A stretch of 64,000 bases of DNA from Alphaproteobacteria bacterium (lineage in GTDB: Bacteria > Pseudomonadota > Alphaproteobacteria > UBA2966): positions 1,760,001-1,824,000 of the forward strand of contig OZ219856.1 of NCBI GenBank assembly GCA_964291395.2. Direction: 5' to 3'. Within the stretch, counting starts at the first letter, position 1. The number at the start of each line of letters is the position of its first letter. The position numbers and the translations under genes are program-made. Below, piece by piece: positions 1-10,389 of this stretch. A model generated the notes under the pieces. The model saw nothing but the letters and a program-made list of their open reading frames with translations, was not told the DNA's origin and searched no databases.

Positions 1-68
1 CGCTGGGTGCGGAAATCATGTGCACGGATTTGATCGCCTGAGGCCGTTCGGATTCCAAGGAGATATCG

Positions 69-1262
69 ATGCGGAGCGCATACGGTCTGGAAATTCCGGC
101 AGAAGACCCCGAACTGACGCACGTCGGACCGGGTACGCCCTGCGGAGAGCTGATGCGGCGTTTCTGGCAGCCCATCTGCCTCTCGGAGGACCTGAAAGAC
201 GTGCCGAAGCGGGTGCGCATCCTGGGCGAAGACTTGGTGGCATTCCGGGATGGAAACGGGCGCCCAGGTCTGCTGTTCTTCCGTTGCAGCCATCGGGGCG
301 TATCCCTCGAGTACGGCCGTATCGAGCCCGAGGGCATCCGCTGCTGCTATCACGGATGGCTCTACGACGTCGAAGGCAACTGCCTCGAGATGCCGCTCGA
401 GCCGGCCGACAGCACGCAGAAAGAGCGCATCCAGCAGCCCGGCTATCCGGTGCAGGAGTTCGGCGGCCTCCTCTTCGCCTACATGGGGCCGACGGATAAG
501 GTCCCCGAGTTTCCCAAGTACGACGTCCTGGTGCATGACGGCGGGACGCTCAACGCCTGGATCGGCCCACGGGTCGGCGGCGCATCCGAGTGCAACTGGC
601 TCCAGAGCCAGGAAAACATCATGGACATCTTGCACGTCTATTGGCTGCACATGCGTCACGGAGAGCCGCAGTTTCCCTCGGAAATTTATGCCGCCATGCC
701 GACACGACTCGACTACGAGGAGATCGACCTCGGCATGCGAGCCGTCATGGCCTACCCCCTGCCCGATGGGCGTGAATTCGAGATGACTTGGGAAATGCTG
801 ATGCCCATGGCCTTCGTGCTGTGGACGGACGAACCGGACCTCGACGGGCCGGAGTCGGCAAGGCCCCGGTGCGTTTACTACTGCATCCCCATCGACGATA
901 CCCACCAGTGGCAGGCCTGCATCTACTGGATGCCGGAAGGCGAGCACGAAATCGCCGATGCCGAGCGAATCAGGCTGTCGGCGCTCTCGCGCGAGGAAGT
1001 GGACTACGAGTACACACAGCGAAACCCGGACGACAAGGAAGCCCAGGAAGGTCAGGGACCGATCGCCATCCACGACCTGGAGAATCTCGCCACGTCGGAT
1101 CAGGGAGTCGTCATGTTCCGCAAGATCCTGAAGGAGCAGATCCAGGCGGTTCGCGAAGACCGGGACCCCAAGGGCATAATCCGCGATCCCGAACTGGCAA
1201 GCTGCGTGCCCACGACCGCAGGGATGGCGATTCGCGCGCCACGGGCCAACCGCGTCGCGTAG
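69..1262 (+). CDS. Rieske non-heme iron oxygenase alpha subunit (phthalate 4,5-dioxygenase-like)
   Basis: Rieske motif CSH...CCYH; N-terminal LTHVGPGTPCGELMRRFWQP; mononuclear Fe site ENIMDILHVYWLH; GGAG upstream of ATG. Confidence 0.85.
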   Translation: MRSAYGLEIPAEDPELTHVGPGTPCGELMRRFWQPICLSEDLKDVPKRVRILGEDLVAFRDGNGRPGLLFFRCSHRGVSLEYGRIEPEGIRCCYHGWLYDVEGNCLEMPLEPADSTQKERIQQPGYPVQEFGGLLFAYMGPTDKVPEFPKYDVLVHDGGTLNAWIGPRVGGASECNWLQSQENIMDILHVYWLHMRHGEPQFPSEIYAAMPTRLDYEEIDLGMRAVMAYPLPDGREFEMTWEMLMPMAFVLWTDEPDLDGPESARPRCVYYCIPIDDTHQWQACIYWMPEGEHEIADAERIRLSALSREEVDYEYTQRNPDDKEAQEGQGPIAIHDLENLATSDQGVVMFRKILKEQIQAVREDRDPKGIIRDPELASCVPTTAGMAIRAPRANRVA

Positions 1263-1312
1263 GGACCCACACCGGCCGCAGTGCGCCCAAAGGCGAAATG
1301 CCGGAGGGACCT

Positions 1313-2116
1313 TTAAATCGCCTCCTTGGCGGCCTCCTTCTCGTACTTTTTCTCGACCATGCGCGCACATAGAATCGAGATCTCGTAGAGCAGGACGATG
1401 GGCACGGCGAGGCTGACTTGGCTCAGCGGATCGGGCGGAGTGAGGATGGCGGCAGCAACAAATGCGAGGACGATCGCGTAGCGCCGTTTGCTCTTGAGGC
1501 CATCCGACGTGGCAAGGCCGACGCGCGCCAGAAGAGTGATCAGCACCGGCAGCTCGAAGCTGATCCCGAAGGCGAAGATGAGCCGCATCACAAGGCTCAG
1601 GTATTCACCGACCTTGGGCAGGAGCTCTATAGGAAGCGCCCCCTCGGCACCGAATTGCTGGAAGCTCGCGAAGAACTGCCAGGCCACGGGCATGACGATG
1701 TAGTAGACCATTGCCGCGCCGAGAAGGAAAAGAATGGGAGTCGCCACCAGAAACGGCAGGAAGGCCATCTTTTCGTTCCTGTAGAGGCCCGGCGCGACGA
1801 ACAGCCAGACCTGACTCGCCACCAGCGGGAACGAGAAGAACAGGGCGGCGAAGAAGGCCACCTTTATGTTGGTGAAAAATTTCTCGTGCAGGGCCGTGTA
1901 GATGAGACGACGCTCCTCTTCGCCCTCCCACAGGGCTGCCAGCGGCTCCACCAGGAAATCGAAAATCGGATTCGCGAAGTAAAAGCAGATCAGAAACGTG
2001 ATCAGCAGCGCGATCAGGGAGTGAAAGAGACGCCGGCGCAGTTCGATCAGATGATCGATCAGCGGCATGCGCCGTTCTTCGATCCGTTCCTCCTCGGCGT
2101 CCGACTCGGCCATCAT
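1313..2116 (-). CDS. tatC: Twin-arginine translocase subunit TatC
   Basis: MPLIDHLIELRRRL, FVAPGLYRNEK, AILTPPDPLSQ motifs; follows tatA-tatB. Confidence 0.97.
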   Translation of the reverse strand: MMAESDAEEERIEERRMPLIDHLIELRRRLFHSLIALLITFLICFYFANPIFDFLVEPLAALWEGEEERRLIYTALHEKFFTNIKVAFFAALFFSFPLVASQVWLFVAPGLYRNEKMAFLPFLVATPILFLLGAAMVYYIVMPVAWQFFASFQQFGAEGALPIELLPKVGEYLSLVMRLIFAFGISFELPVLITLLARVGLATSDGLKSKRRYAIVLAFVAAAILTPPDPLSQVSLAVPIVLLYEISILCARMVEKKYEKEAAKEAI

Positions 2117-2652
2117 GTCCCCGACCGATGCTCGGCCGCGTCCTCAACCGGCGGTTCGGCGTCGTCCAACACCGCGGGCTCCGCGTCGGTCCGAGCCGCC
2201 GCATGTTTCTCGTCTCCTTCATCGAGGGCCTCCGGCACGGGATCCACGCCGCCCTCCACGGCTCCGCTTACGACGTCCGCAACCGCCTCATCCGCGGGCG
2301 GTTTCTCCCGGTCGTCGTCCGCCAAGATCGAATTCTCGACATCGCCGGAGCCCACGGGAGACGGCTCGTCGAGATCGAACGCCCCATCCATGGTGCCGGA
2401 CGGATCGACCGCGGCCTTGAACTCGTCCTCCACGTCGACCTTGCTCACCTGCTCGATCTCGTTCTTGATATCCTCGAGATCGGCTTCGCGCGCCATATCG
2501 TCGAGAGTCGACTGGAACTCCCCGGCCAAGCCACGCACCTTGCGGATCATGCCGCTCACCGTGCGCACCACGCGCGGAAGTTCCTTGGGTCCGACGACAA
2601 TGATCGTGACCACAGCGATCAGGAAGAGCTCGGGCCAGCCGATATCCAACAT
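2113..2652 (-). CDS. tatB: Twin-arginine translocase subunit TatB
   Basis: MLDIGWPELFLIAVVTIIVVGPKELP signature. Confidence 0.95.
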   Translation of the reverse strand: MLDIGWPELFLIAVVTIIVVGPKELPRVVRTVSGMIRKVRGLAGEFQSTLDDMAREADLEDIKNEIEQVSKVDVEDEFKAAVDPSGTMDGAFDLDEPSPVGSGDVENSILADDDREKPPADEAVADVVSGAVEGGVDPVPEALDEGDEKHAAARTDAEPAVLDDAEPPVEDAAEHRSGT

Positions 2653-2700
2653 CGCGCCGCACGGGAACCGCCGCGCCGGGCGAGTCCCAACCTCGCGGTT

Positions 2701-2937
2701 CTAGCCGCTGGCGGCCTTGTCTTTTTCGGCCTCCGAACGGACAGCCCCGGAGGTGTCTGCGTCGATGACCTTGGCGTCGTCACCGTCGGCGACGGCTTCC
2801 TCCTTCATGCCCTTCTTGAAACTCTTGATCCCCTTGGCGATGTCACCCATGAGCGCCGGGATCTTGCCTCTGCCTCCAAACAGAATGAGCACGACCGCGA
2901 GGACGATCAGCCAATGCCAGATACTGAATGTTCCCAT
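2701..2937 (-). CDS. tatA: Twin-arginine translocase subunit TatA
   Basis: [42 protein letters not shown]. Confidence 0.97.
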   Translation of the reverse strand: MGTFSIWHWLIVLAVVLILFGGRGKIPALMGDIAKGIKSFKKGMKEEAVADGDDAKVIDADTSGAVRSEAEKDKAASG

Positions 2938-2975
2938 TGTCTCGTCCGCCTTGCCGGTGGTGAATTGCTCTTACA

Positions 2976-4034
2976 CTAGCCGGATGACAATGGAAATACG
3001 AATGTTTGCGAGGAATCCAAGGTTAGCCGGCACTTCGCGTCCGGTTTCGGAGGATGCGTTCCCGTCACGCGCGCCTCGAACACCGGCCCTCCGACCTCGG
3101 TCCTGACATAGACCAAGCTGTATGGCCCGAGGACACGGCTTTCGACCACCGTCGCGATGACCGAATCCGACTCCGACCCGCCGATACCGCCGAGCCGTAT
3201 CGCCTCGGGTCGCACGAGAATCTGCGTGGCGGTTCCCTCGGGAAGATGATCGGCGTCAAGCCTCCCCAACTGCGTCCGTACGGATCCATTCTCAACAATT
3301 CCCTTTAAGCTATTGACTTTACTGAAAAATGTACAGCAGAACGGACCGTCAGGTTCTCTGTAGACGCGGTCCGGCGCACCTTCCTGGACGAGTCGGCCTT
3401 CGCGCATCAGGGCGATACGGTCAGCCATGCGCATGGCCTCCTCCGGATCGTGAGTAACCAGAAGCGTCGCCGTGCCGAGTTCCTTGAGCAACGACAGCGT
3501 GTCGTCGCGAATGCGATCGCGCAGTCCGATGTCGAGACCGGAAAACGGCTCGTCCATCAACATGAGAGCAGGTTTCGGTGCGAGCGCGCGGGCCAAGGCG
3601 ACGCGCTGCTGCTCACCTCCCGACAGCGTGTGTGGAAAAGCGTTCGCGAGATGCGCCAGTCCGACCCGATCCAGCATTTTGTTCGCCGCCACGCGGCGCG
3701 CGCGGGCCGGCGGACCATCGGTCATACCAAAAGCAACGTTCTCCAGTACCCGAAGGTGGGGGAACAGCGCATAGTCCTGGAAGACGAGACCGACACCCCG
3801 CATCTCCGGAGGCACATGACGACCGTCGCCGCCGACCAAGCGGTCGTTGACGGTGACCCGGCCGCTCTGCACTTCCTCGAGACCCGCGGCGATTCGCAAT
3901 GTCGTCGTCTTGCCGCAACCGGAGGGGCCCACCAAGCACACCACTTCTCCCTTGTCGACTTCGAGGCTGACGTCGTCGACGGCAACCTTGCCGTGGAAGG
4001 CGTGGGTGATGTGTTCAAGGCGAAGACCGACCAT
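2976..4034 (-). CDS. ABC transporter ATP-binding protein (Fe3+/polyamine FbpC/PotA type)
   Basis: Walker A GPSGCGKT, VFQDYALFPHL, LSGGEQQRVALARAL, LMDEPFS, C-terminal TOBE-like domain. Confidence 0.9.
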   Translation of the reverse strand: MVGLRLEHITHAFHGKVAVDDVSLEVDKGEVVCLVGPSGCGKTTTLRIAAGLEEVQSGRVTVNDRLVGGDGRHVPPEMRGVGLVFQDYALFPHLRVLENVAFGMTDGPPARARRVAANKMLDRVGLAHLANAFPHTLSGGEQQRVALARALAPKPALMLMDEPFSGLDIGLRDRIRDDTLSLLKELGTATLLVTHDPEEAMRMADRIALMREGRLVQEGAPDRVYREPDGPFCCTFFSKVNSLKGIVENGSVRTQLGRLDADHLPEGTATQILVRPEAIRLGGIGGSESDSVIATVVESRVLGPYSLVYVRTEVGGPVFEARVTGTHPPKPDAKCRLTLDSSQTFVFPLSSG

Positions 4035-4110
4035 GACTCAAGCCAGTGACTGCCCCGGCCATACCTGCGCCGCGGCCGTCCGTGGAACGAACAGTTCCCG
4101 GCCGACAGCC

Positions 4111-4147
4111 GCTGCAGAGGTTCCAGTTCGGCTGGAACCTCTGCAGC
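4111..4147. repeat. Perfect 16-bp inverted repeat (hairpin; possible + strand terminator)
   Basis: GCTGCAGAGGTTCCAG-ttcgg-CTGGAACCTCTGCAGC followed by ATTCCTTTTC. Confidence 0.75.
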
Positions 4148-4357
4148 ATTCCTTTTCACCCACGGCAACGGACCGGCGAGCCGCATCGCGGCTTCTATGG
4201 CGGTTCGAGTTGGGCTCGAACCACCAAGGCGACGTACGAACGGTTTCACCAACCGTAGTCACGGTTCATTCCAGCCCGACATTCTTGTTGCGGGAGAGGC
4301 TCCACGGCTATCGCGCTACGGACCCTATGACGATGAACATATAGAATTACTTCGTTC

Positions 4358-4380
4358 CTGCAAATTACTATTACTTGCAG
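4358..4380. promoter_or_regulatory. Putative Fur/Mur-family operator overlapping a possible minus-strand -35
   Basis: AT-rich dyad CTGCAA-ATTACTATTAC-TTGCAG upstream of an iron-type ABC ATPase; minus strand TTGCAG-N16-TATGTT. Confidence 0.4.
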
Positions 4381-4496
4381 CGATTGAAATGTCAGGAATG
4401 AATCGAACTCCAAGCGGCACGCCCCCTCTCGCTCACCCGACTGCGCCGGAGGTTACGCCGAGGCGAGGCTTCGGATACGCAAATGTAAAGACCGCC

Positions 4497-5138
4497 CTAA
4501 TCGACCGGCCGCGGGAACTCGGCGATCTCGGCATCACCTCCCGGCTCGTCGCCATCCTCCCTCTCACGCGCCGCCTGGACCCGCGCCTCCTCGATCATCG
4601 AAGACGGAGGACGCGGCTGAAGCAGGCCCGATGCCTTGAGCTCGTCCAGTCCCGGCAATTCGTCGATGGCGTTGAATCCGAAATGCACCAGGAACTCGTC
4701 CGTGGTCCCGTAAGTCACCGGCCGGCCGGGGGTACGCCGGCGTCCTTTGGGCCTGATCCAGCCGATCTCCAGCAGCAGGTCCAACGTGCCGCGGCTCAGC
4801 CCCACGCCCCGAATTTCCTCGATTTCGGCCCGCGTCACGGGCTGGTGATAGGCGGTGATAGCCAGCGTCTCGACAGCGGCACGGCTGAGGCGCCGGGTCA
4901 CTTGAGTCTCCTTCTGGAGCAGGAATTTAAGATCGGGCGCCGTGCGCAAGGTCCACTTGCCCGCTACCTGCACGAGATTGACGCCCCGCTCGCGGTACGC
5001 CTTCCGAAGCGCTTCGAGCGTGGCCGGCACATCAATGTCCTCGGGCAGGCGCGCGGTGAGGCTCGCCTCGTCCAGCGGCTCGGCCGCCGCGAACAAAAGG
5101 GCTTCCATCATGCGGAGGTGCTGCGGGTCGATACTCAT
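4497..5138 (-). CDS. scpB: Segregation and condensation protein B
   Basis: EALLFAAAEPL, LSRAAVETLAITAYHQPVTRAEIEEIRGV, GRPVTYGTT; start set at MSIDP. Confidence 0.95.
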   Translation of the reverse strand: MSIDPQHLRMMEALLFAAAEPLDEASLTARLPEDIDVPATLEALRKAYRERGVNLVQVAGKWTLRTAPDLKFLLQKETQVTRRLSRAAVETLAITAYHQPVTRAEIEEIRGVGLSRGTLDLLLEIGWIRPKGRRRTPGRPVTYGTTDEFLVHFGFNAIDELPGLDELKASGLLQPRPPSSMIEEARVQAAREREDGDEPGGDAEIAEFPRPVD

Positions 5139-5152
5139 CCCGCCGCGAGTCC

Positions 5153-5962
5153 TCACGCCTCATCCGGGGTGCTCTGCCCCGGTCGCTTGCGCCGCATGTA
5201 GATCGGGCCGAAGGTCTGAGCCTGACGCAACTCCACCTGCCCTTCCTTGGCCATCTCGAGACCGGCGCCGAGCATAGCGGAGACCGCGGAACGGTAGAGC
5301 ACGCTTCCCTTGATCTCAGGCGGCAAGAACGTTTCGAGGCGCTCCCAGCCCGGAAGGTCGCCGAGAACCCGGCGCAGGCGTTCGTGCGCCTGTTCCACCG
5401 AATAAAGCTCGCGCGCCGCAATGCTGAGCGGCTCGTTCGCGGCCCGTGCCCGATGACCCGCATAGGCGCGGAGAAACTCGAACACCGAAACCTCGTAGAC
5501 CGAATTCCGGATGATCCGAACCCCCTCCGGCTGTCCACGTTGGATAACGTCGCGGCCCAGCCGGTCGCGATCCATGATCCGCACCCCGGCCTCCCGCATG
5601 GCCCTGAGGCGCTGCAACTGGAACGACAGATGGGCGGCGAGCTCCGGCCCGGTGGGTACGTCTTCATCATCTACTTCGGGAAGCAGCAGGCGGGATTTGA
5701 GGTAGGCCAACCAAGCCGCCATAACCAAGTAGTCGGCGGCAACTTCGATACTGAGACGCCGCGCTTGGGCGATGAACGCCAAATACTGCTCGGCGAGCTG
5801 CAGAATCGAGATCCGGGTGAGATCAACCTTTTGGGACCGCGCGAGGACCAATAGAAGGTCCAGCGGACCCTCGTAGCCGTCGATATCGACGACCAACGCC
5901 ACATCGTCCGGGTCATCCCGAACGGGGTCAGACCAAACGTCGTCTCCAAGATCAGCGTTCAA
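5153..5962 (-). CDS. scpA: Segregation and condensation protein A
   Basis: YEGPLDLLL, AADYLVMAAWLAYLKSRLLLP. Confidence 0.95.
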   Translation of the reverse strand: MNADLGDDVWSDPVRDDPDDVALVVDIDGYEGPLDLLLVLARSQKVDLTRISILQLAEQYLAFIAQARRLSIEVAADYLVMAAWLAYLKSRLLLPEVDDEDVPTGPELAAHLSFQLQRLRAMREAGVRIMDRDRLGRDVIQRGQPEGVRIIRNSVYEVSVFEFLRAYAGHRARAANEPLSIAARELYSVEQAHERLRRVLGDLPGWERLETFLPPEIKGSVLYRSAVSAMLGAGLEMAKEGQVELRQAQTFGPIYMRRKRPGQSTPDEA

Positions 5963-5967
5963 GGTAC

Positions 5968-6654
5968 CTATACGTGCCCAGCCAACACGATGATCAGACT
6001 ATACAGCAACTCGACAGGCGGCCAAATCACGACGTCGAACAGGTTGACCCCCATACCGAACTGGCCGCTCAACGTGGGCAAAATGAAGAGCAGCAGAATC
6101 AGGATCAACATGCCATAGCGCTCGAGTCTGGCAAACGGCAATGCCAGGGCGCGCGGAAGCAAGCCGACCGCGATGCGACCGCCGTCGAGTGGCGGCAAGG
6201 GCAACATGTTGAAGACGGCGAGGACGAGATTGAGGAGCAACGATCGGCGCAGGGTCTCCGCCAGCCACATGCTGACGTCATGCGGAAACAACTCGAGGAA
6301 ATGGAACAGAACGGCCGAAACGAATGCCAACGCCAGATTCGTCGCTGGTCCCGCCAGGGCAACCAGGATCATGTCCCGCCGTGGGCTGTTGAGCCGACCG
6401 AAATCGACGGGAACGGGTTTGGCGTAGCCGAACATGATCCGCCCGCCGGACAGGAACAGCAGGAGAGCCGGCAGCAGGACCGTGCCGAAGGAATCGATGT
6501 GACGGAACGGATTGAACGACACGCGGCGCATGCGATAGGCCGTATCGTCACCGAGCTTCCAGGCGACATAGCCGTGGGCGGCCTCATGGAAGGTGATGGC
6601 GATCAGGACGGGTACGACCCAAACCGATGCCTCGTAAGCGAGATCCGCGATCAC
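5968..6654 (-). CDS. Site-2 protease family (M50) membrane metalloprotease
   Basis: HEAAH, VALAGPATN, FNMLPLPPLDGG. Confidence 0.92.
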   Translation of the reverse strand: MIADLAYEASVWVVPVLIAITFHEAAHGYVAWKLGDDTAYRMRRVSFNPFRHIDSFGTVLLPALLLFLSGGRIMFGYAKPVPVDFGRLNSPRRDMILVALAGPATNLALAFVSAVLFHFLELFPHDVSMWLAETLRRSLLLNLVLAVFNMLPLPPLDGGRIAVGLLPRALALPFARLERYGMLILILLLFILPTLSGQFGMGVNLFDVVIWPPVELLYSLIIVLAGHV

Positions 6655-7682
6655 AATGGTCCGCTTCTTTCCGCCCGGTTCAATGCTTCTTCGATGCGCG
6701 AAACGGCAGCCGGGACATGGAGGAATTCCGGCTCACTCAGTCGCCCTAGGGCTGCGTCGAGCCGCTGCCGTCCGGCCTTATCGAGCGGACCGGCATGCTC
6801 AGCCACCGACGCCATCTCGTCCGCGTCCCCATTGCAATGCAACGCCACATCACAACCGGCCGCCCGGGCGGCCAGGGTGCGGTCTCTCATGTCACCCGGC
6901 AAAGCATTCATAGATAGATCATCGGTCATCAACAAGCCGCCGAACCCGATGTCATCGCGAATGAGCCCGATCACGTCAGGAGAGGTTGTAGCGGGGCGGT
7001 TCCTGTCAAGGGTGGTGAACACGACGTGCGCGGTCATGGCAAGCGGCGCGTCCGAAAGCGAGCGGAAGGGCGCGAAATCGAGGCGGTCGAGGTCCTCTCG
7101 GTCCGCGGTGACGATGGGGAGCGCCTCGTGGCTGTCGACTTCGGCGCGGCCGTGTCCCGGGATGTGCTTGATGACGGGCAGCACGCCGCCCGCCTCGAGC
7201 CCGTCGCAGGTCGCATGGCCGAGCGCCGCGACAAGGTCGGGGTCGGCGGCAAAGGCCCGATCCCCGATCACGTCGTGGGCACCGGGTACCGGAACGTCCA
7301 AGACGGGAATACAATCGACATTGACTCCAAGGGGTCGTAGGTCCGCGGCGATGAGCTGTGCGTTGAGGCGGGCCAGCTCTGCAGCGAGACCGCTGTCTTC
7401 CGCTGCGAGACGACCAAACTCGGCCGCGGCGGGCGGCGGGCGCCAATGGGGCGGCCCCAGCCGGCGCACGCACCCCCCTTCCTGGTCGATCAGCACCAGG
7501 CCATCGTCCGTTCCCACGGCGTCGCGCCACGAATCGGTCAGACGACGTACCTGCTCGGGCGAGCGGCAATTGCGTGAAAACAGGATCAGGCCGACCGGCC
7601 TCGTCTCACGAAACAAGACCTGCTCGGGTTCGGTAAGTTCCTCACCGGCACACCCCAGTATGGCGGCGAGCCGTTCGGTCAC
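6651..7682 (-). CDS. nagZ: Beta-N-acetylhexosaminidase (GH3)
   Basis: IDQEGG, KHIPGHGRAEVDSH, MTDDLSM; GTG start overlaps the stop of the upstream gene. Confidence 0.92.
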   Translation of the reverse strand: MTERLAAILGCAGEELTEPEQVLFRETRPVGLILFSRNCRSPEQVRRLTDSWRDAVGTDDGLVLIDQEGGCVRRLGPPHWRPPPAAAEFGRLAAEDSGLAAELARLNAQLIAADLRPLGVNVDCIPVLDVPVPGAHDVIGDRAFAADPDLVAALGHATCDGLEAGGVLPVIKHIPGHGRAEVDSHEALPIVTADREDLDRLDFAPFRSLSDAPLAMTAHVVFTTLDRNRPATTSPDVIGLIRDDIGFGGLLMTDDLSMNALPGDMRDRTLAARAAGCDVALHCNGDADEMASVAEHAGPLDKAGRQRLDAALGRLSEPEFLHVPAAVSRIEEALNRAERSGPL

Positions 7683-8635
7683 CTGGCGGCGGGACGGACA
7701 ACCAGACAGCCGAGCTTTCGTTGCTGGAGCCTGTCGCACATGGCGCGGGCGGCTCCTAGACCATCGAGCGGACCCGCTTGCAACCGATAGTAGATTCCCC
7801 GGTCCCCGAGATCGACGCGCACCACGACGTGATCGAGGGAGCCGAGGAGCGACTCCTCTCTTGCGATCAACCGGTTCCACCCGCCTTCGGCGGCGTCGGC
7901 GCTTCGGTAGGCGCCGAGCTGGACGCGAAAGCTCGACAAGATCGCGGGATCAGAGGCGCTGGTCTGGACCGCCGCTGTCCGTTGCGGCCGCCGTGGTGCG
8001 GCCGACGGTTGCCGCGTGGGTTCTTGCGCCGTTTCATCGGAGACCCGGGGAACCGGCGGAGGTGAACGCACGGCCCGACCGGCCGGCGGTTCTCCGGCAG
8101 CCGTTTCCACCGTCTTCGCGGCCGCCGGTCCAGCAGATGAACTCCCTAACCCGGCGTCAGTCGATTTTGGCGGTGGTGGGAACGGCACGATTGCCTTCCC
8201 CACCGAATTCTCATCGGCAACGGACGACCCGAGCAACTTCTCCCTTGATACGGGCTGCTCGGGTTCCGGCCGCAGGCGGACCTCTTCTTCCTCGGTTGCC
8301 TCGCCGCCCGCCATGCGCTCGTAGATTTGCTTGTCCTGATGCGGAACCTCGAGCCCACCCGGATCGTCAGGAGGAACCTTGACCGGACCAGGGTCCGCCC
8401 TGACCAACGGAGGTGCCGTTTCCACACCTTTGCGGACACCCTGTTCGTAGGCGAACCAAAGCGCGCCGGCAATGGCGGACAGCGTGACCCAAGCGATCAA
8501 AGCGGGGACGCCCCAACGGCGGCCTACCGTATCTTCCGGTGCGGAACGCTCTTCCTGTTCTGGCGGCTCGGTCCGGCCCTCGCGTAGGTAGGCGGGGGGC
8601 GGACCATGCGGAGGCTGGGTGGAATCGGAGGCCAT
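7679..8635 (-). CDS. SPOR domain cell-division protein (FtsN-like)
   Basis: Single TM, Pro-rich linker, C-terminal SPOR (VQLGAYRS...YYRLQAGP...C...C); argS-SPOR-nagZ synteny. Confidence 0.85.
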   Translation of the reverse strand: MASDSTQPPHGPPPAYLREGRTEPPEQEERSAPEDTVGRRWGVPALIAWVTLSAIAGALWFAYEQGVRKGVETAPPLVRADPGPVKVPPDDPGGLEVPHQDKQIYERMAGGEATEEEEVRLRPEPEQPVSREKLLGSSVADENSVGKAIVPFPPPPKSTDAGLGSSSAGPAAAKTVETAAGEPPAGRAVRSPPPVPRVSDETAQEPTRQPSAAPRRPQRTAAVQTSASDPAILSSFRVQLGAYRSADAAEGGWNRLIAREESLLGSLDHVVVRVDLGDRGIYYRLQAGPLDGLGAARAMCDRLQQRKLGCLVVRPAAR

Positions 8636-10387
8636 CTAGCGCATTTCCTCCACCGGCTCCACGCCCATCACCTGGAGCCCGCTGGCAATCACCGTCGCCA
8701 CGCCTCTCACCAGCGCCGCCCGCGCAAGGGTGAGTTCCGCGTCTTCATCGACAATGAAGCGCAAAGCCGGGTCCTCCTTGCCCCTGTTCCAGAACTGATG
8801 GAACGCCGACGCGACGTCGTGGATATAGAACGCGATGCGATGAGGCTCATGGGCCTCCGCCGCAGTCTCGATCAGGCGGGGCCAACCGCCGAGCAATTTG
8901 ATCAAAGCAAGCTCATCTCCATGGGTCAAGCGACCAAGATTGGCCCGACTCAAGGCCTTACCGTCGATTTCACACTGCAGGATTCCAGCCGCATTGCGTA
9001 GGACAGAGCAGGCCCGGGCGTGCGCGTACTGCACGTAGAACACCGGGTTGTCACGGGATTGCTCGGTCACGGCCACGAAGTCGAAATCGAGCGGAGCGTC
9101 GTTCTTCCGCGTCAACATGATGAAACGCACCACGTCCTTTCCAACCTCGTCGACGATGTCGCTGATCGTCACGAAGCTTCCGGCTCGCTTCGACATATGA
9201 ACCGGCTCACCGCCACGGCTGAGCTTCACCAACTGATATAGCTTGACATCCAACTCGGCAGCATTTCCGGACAAAGCCGCCACGGCCGCTTTCATACGCT
9301 TCACGTGGCCCGCATGGTCCGCTCCCCAGACGTCGATCATGGTGTTGAAGCCACGCGCGATCTTGTCGCGGTGATAGGCGACATCGCTCGCGAAGTAGGT
9401 CCAATTGCCGTCTGACTTCTTGAGAGGCCGATCGACGTCGTCACCAAAAGCCGTAGATCTGAACAATGTCTGTTCGCGCGGCTCCCAATGTTCGGGCAAT
9501 TTTCCTTTGGGCGCTTCGAGCACTCCTTCGTAAATCAAGCCTTCGTCAGCCAACAGGCTCTCTGCCTCATCCACCCTGCCGGACTCTACAAGTTCGCTTT
9601 CCGACGAAAACACATCGATGTTCGCACCCACGGCATCGAGATCGGTCCGGATCAAATCCATCATCGCGTCCGTGGCGGCCTTGCGAAGGTTCGGCAACCA
9701 TTTATCTTCGTCTTCCTTCAGCCATCTGTCTCCGTACTCGGCCGCCAGCCGTTCACCTACGGGAAGCAGGTATTCGCCGGGATAGAGGCCTTCAGGTATC
9801 TCTTCGATGTCTTCGCCAAGCGCCTCGCGGTAACGGAGATGCGCCGATCGGGCCAGGATATCCACCTGGGTTCCGGCATCGTTGATGTAGTACTCGCGGG
9901 TCACGCGAAAACCCGTCTTCTGCAAGAGGTTGGCGAGCGCGTCCCCAAATACCGCGCCACGGGCATTCCCCACGTGCAACGGGCCCGTCGGATTCGCCGA
10001 CACATACTCCACGTTGACCGCCTGGCCCTGTCCGAGATCGGAGTCGCCATAGGACGTCCCCGCATCCAGTACATCGCGGAGGCGGTCGTGCAGGAAGGCA
10101 TCACTAAGTCGAATGTTGACGAACCCGGGGCCAGCCACGCTGACCTCCGACAACTCCGAAGCGCGGTCCAAGGCTGCGGCCAAAAACTCCGCGACCTCGC
10201 GGGGTTTGAGCCCTGTCTTCCCGGCCAACACGAGGGCCGCATTGGTGGCCACGTCGCCATGCGACGGATCCCGTGGCGGCTCCACATTTATCGACTTGAG
10301 ATCGAGCCCCGTCGGCAACGCGCCGGAAGAAATCAAATTCTCAACTGAATTAAGAATAATATATCTTAAATATTTGAAATAATCCAT
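8636..10387 (-). CDS. argS: Arginine--tRNA ligase
   Basis: [42 protein letters not shown]. Confidence 0.98.
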   Translation of the reverse strand: MDYFKYLRYIILNSVENLISSGALPTGLDLKSINVEPPRDPSHGDVATNAALVLAGKTGLKPREVAEFLAAALDRASELSEVSVAGPGFVNIRLSDAFLHDRLRDVLDAGTSYGDSDLGQGQAVNVEYVSANPTGPLHVGNARGAVFGDALANLLQKTGFRVTREYYINDAGTQVDILARSAHLRYREALGEDIEEIPEGLYPGEYLLPVGERLAAEYGDRWLKEDEDKWLPNLRKAATDAMMDLIRTDLDAVGANIDVFSSESELVESGRVDEAESLLADEGLIYEGVLEAPKGKLPEHWEPREQTLFRSTAFGDDVDRPLKKSDGNWTYFASDVAYHRDKIARGFNTMIDVWGADHAGHVKRMKAAVAALSGNAAELDVKLYQLVKLSRGGEPVHMSKRAGSFVTISDIVDEVGKDVVRFIMLTRKNDAPLDFDFVAVTEQSRDNPVFYVQYAHARACSVLRNAAGILQCEIDGKALSRANLGRLTHGDELALIKLLGGWPRLIETAAEAHEPHRIAFYIHDVASAFHQFWNRGKEDPALRFIVDEDAELTLARAALVRGVATVIASGLQVMGVEPVEEMR

Positions 10388-10389
10388 TT

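Noticed and set aside
4050-4350. Cobalamin or other known riboswitch upstream of the ABC ATPase
   Set aside because: I could not find a B12 box or other diagnostic riboswitch motifs; reported only as an unassigned structured region.
5974-8382. 802-aa plus-strand ORF
   Set aside because: Antisense to M50, nagZ and SPOR genes; Arg/Ser/Pro-rich with no motifs.
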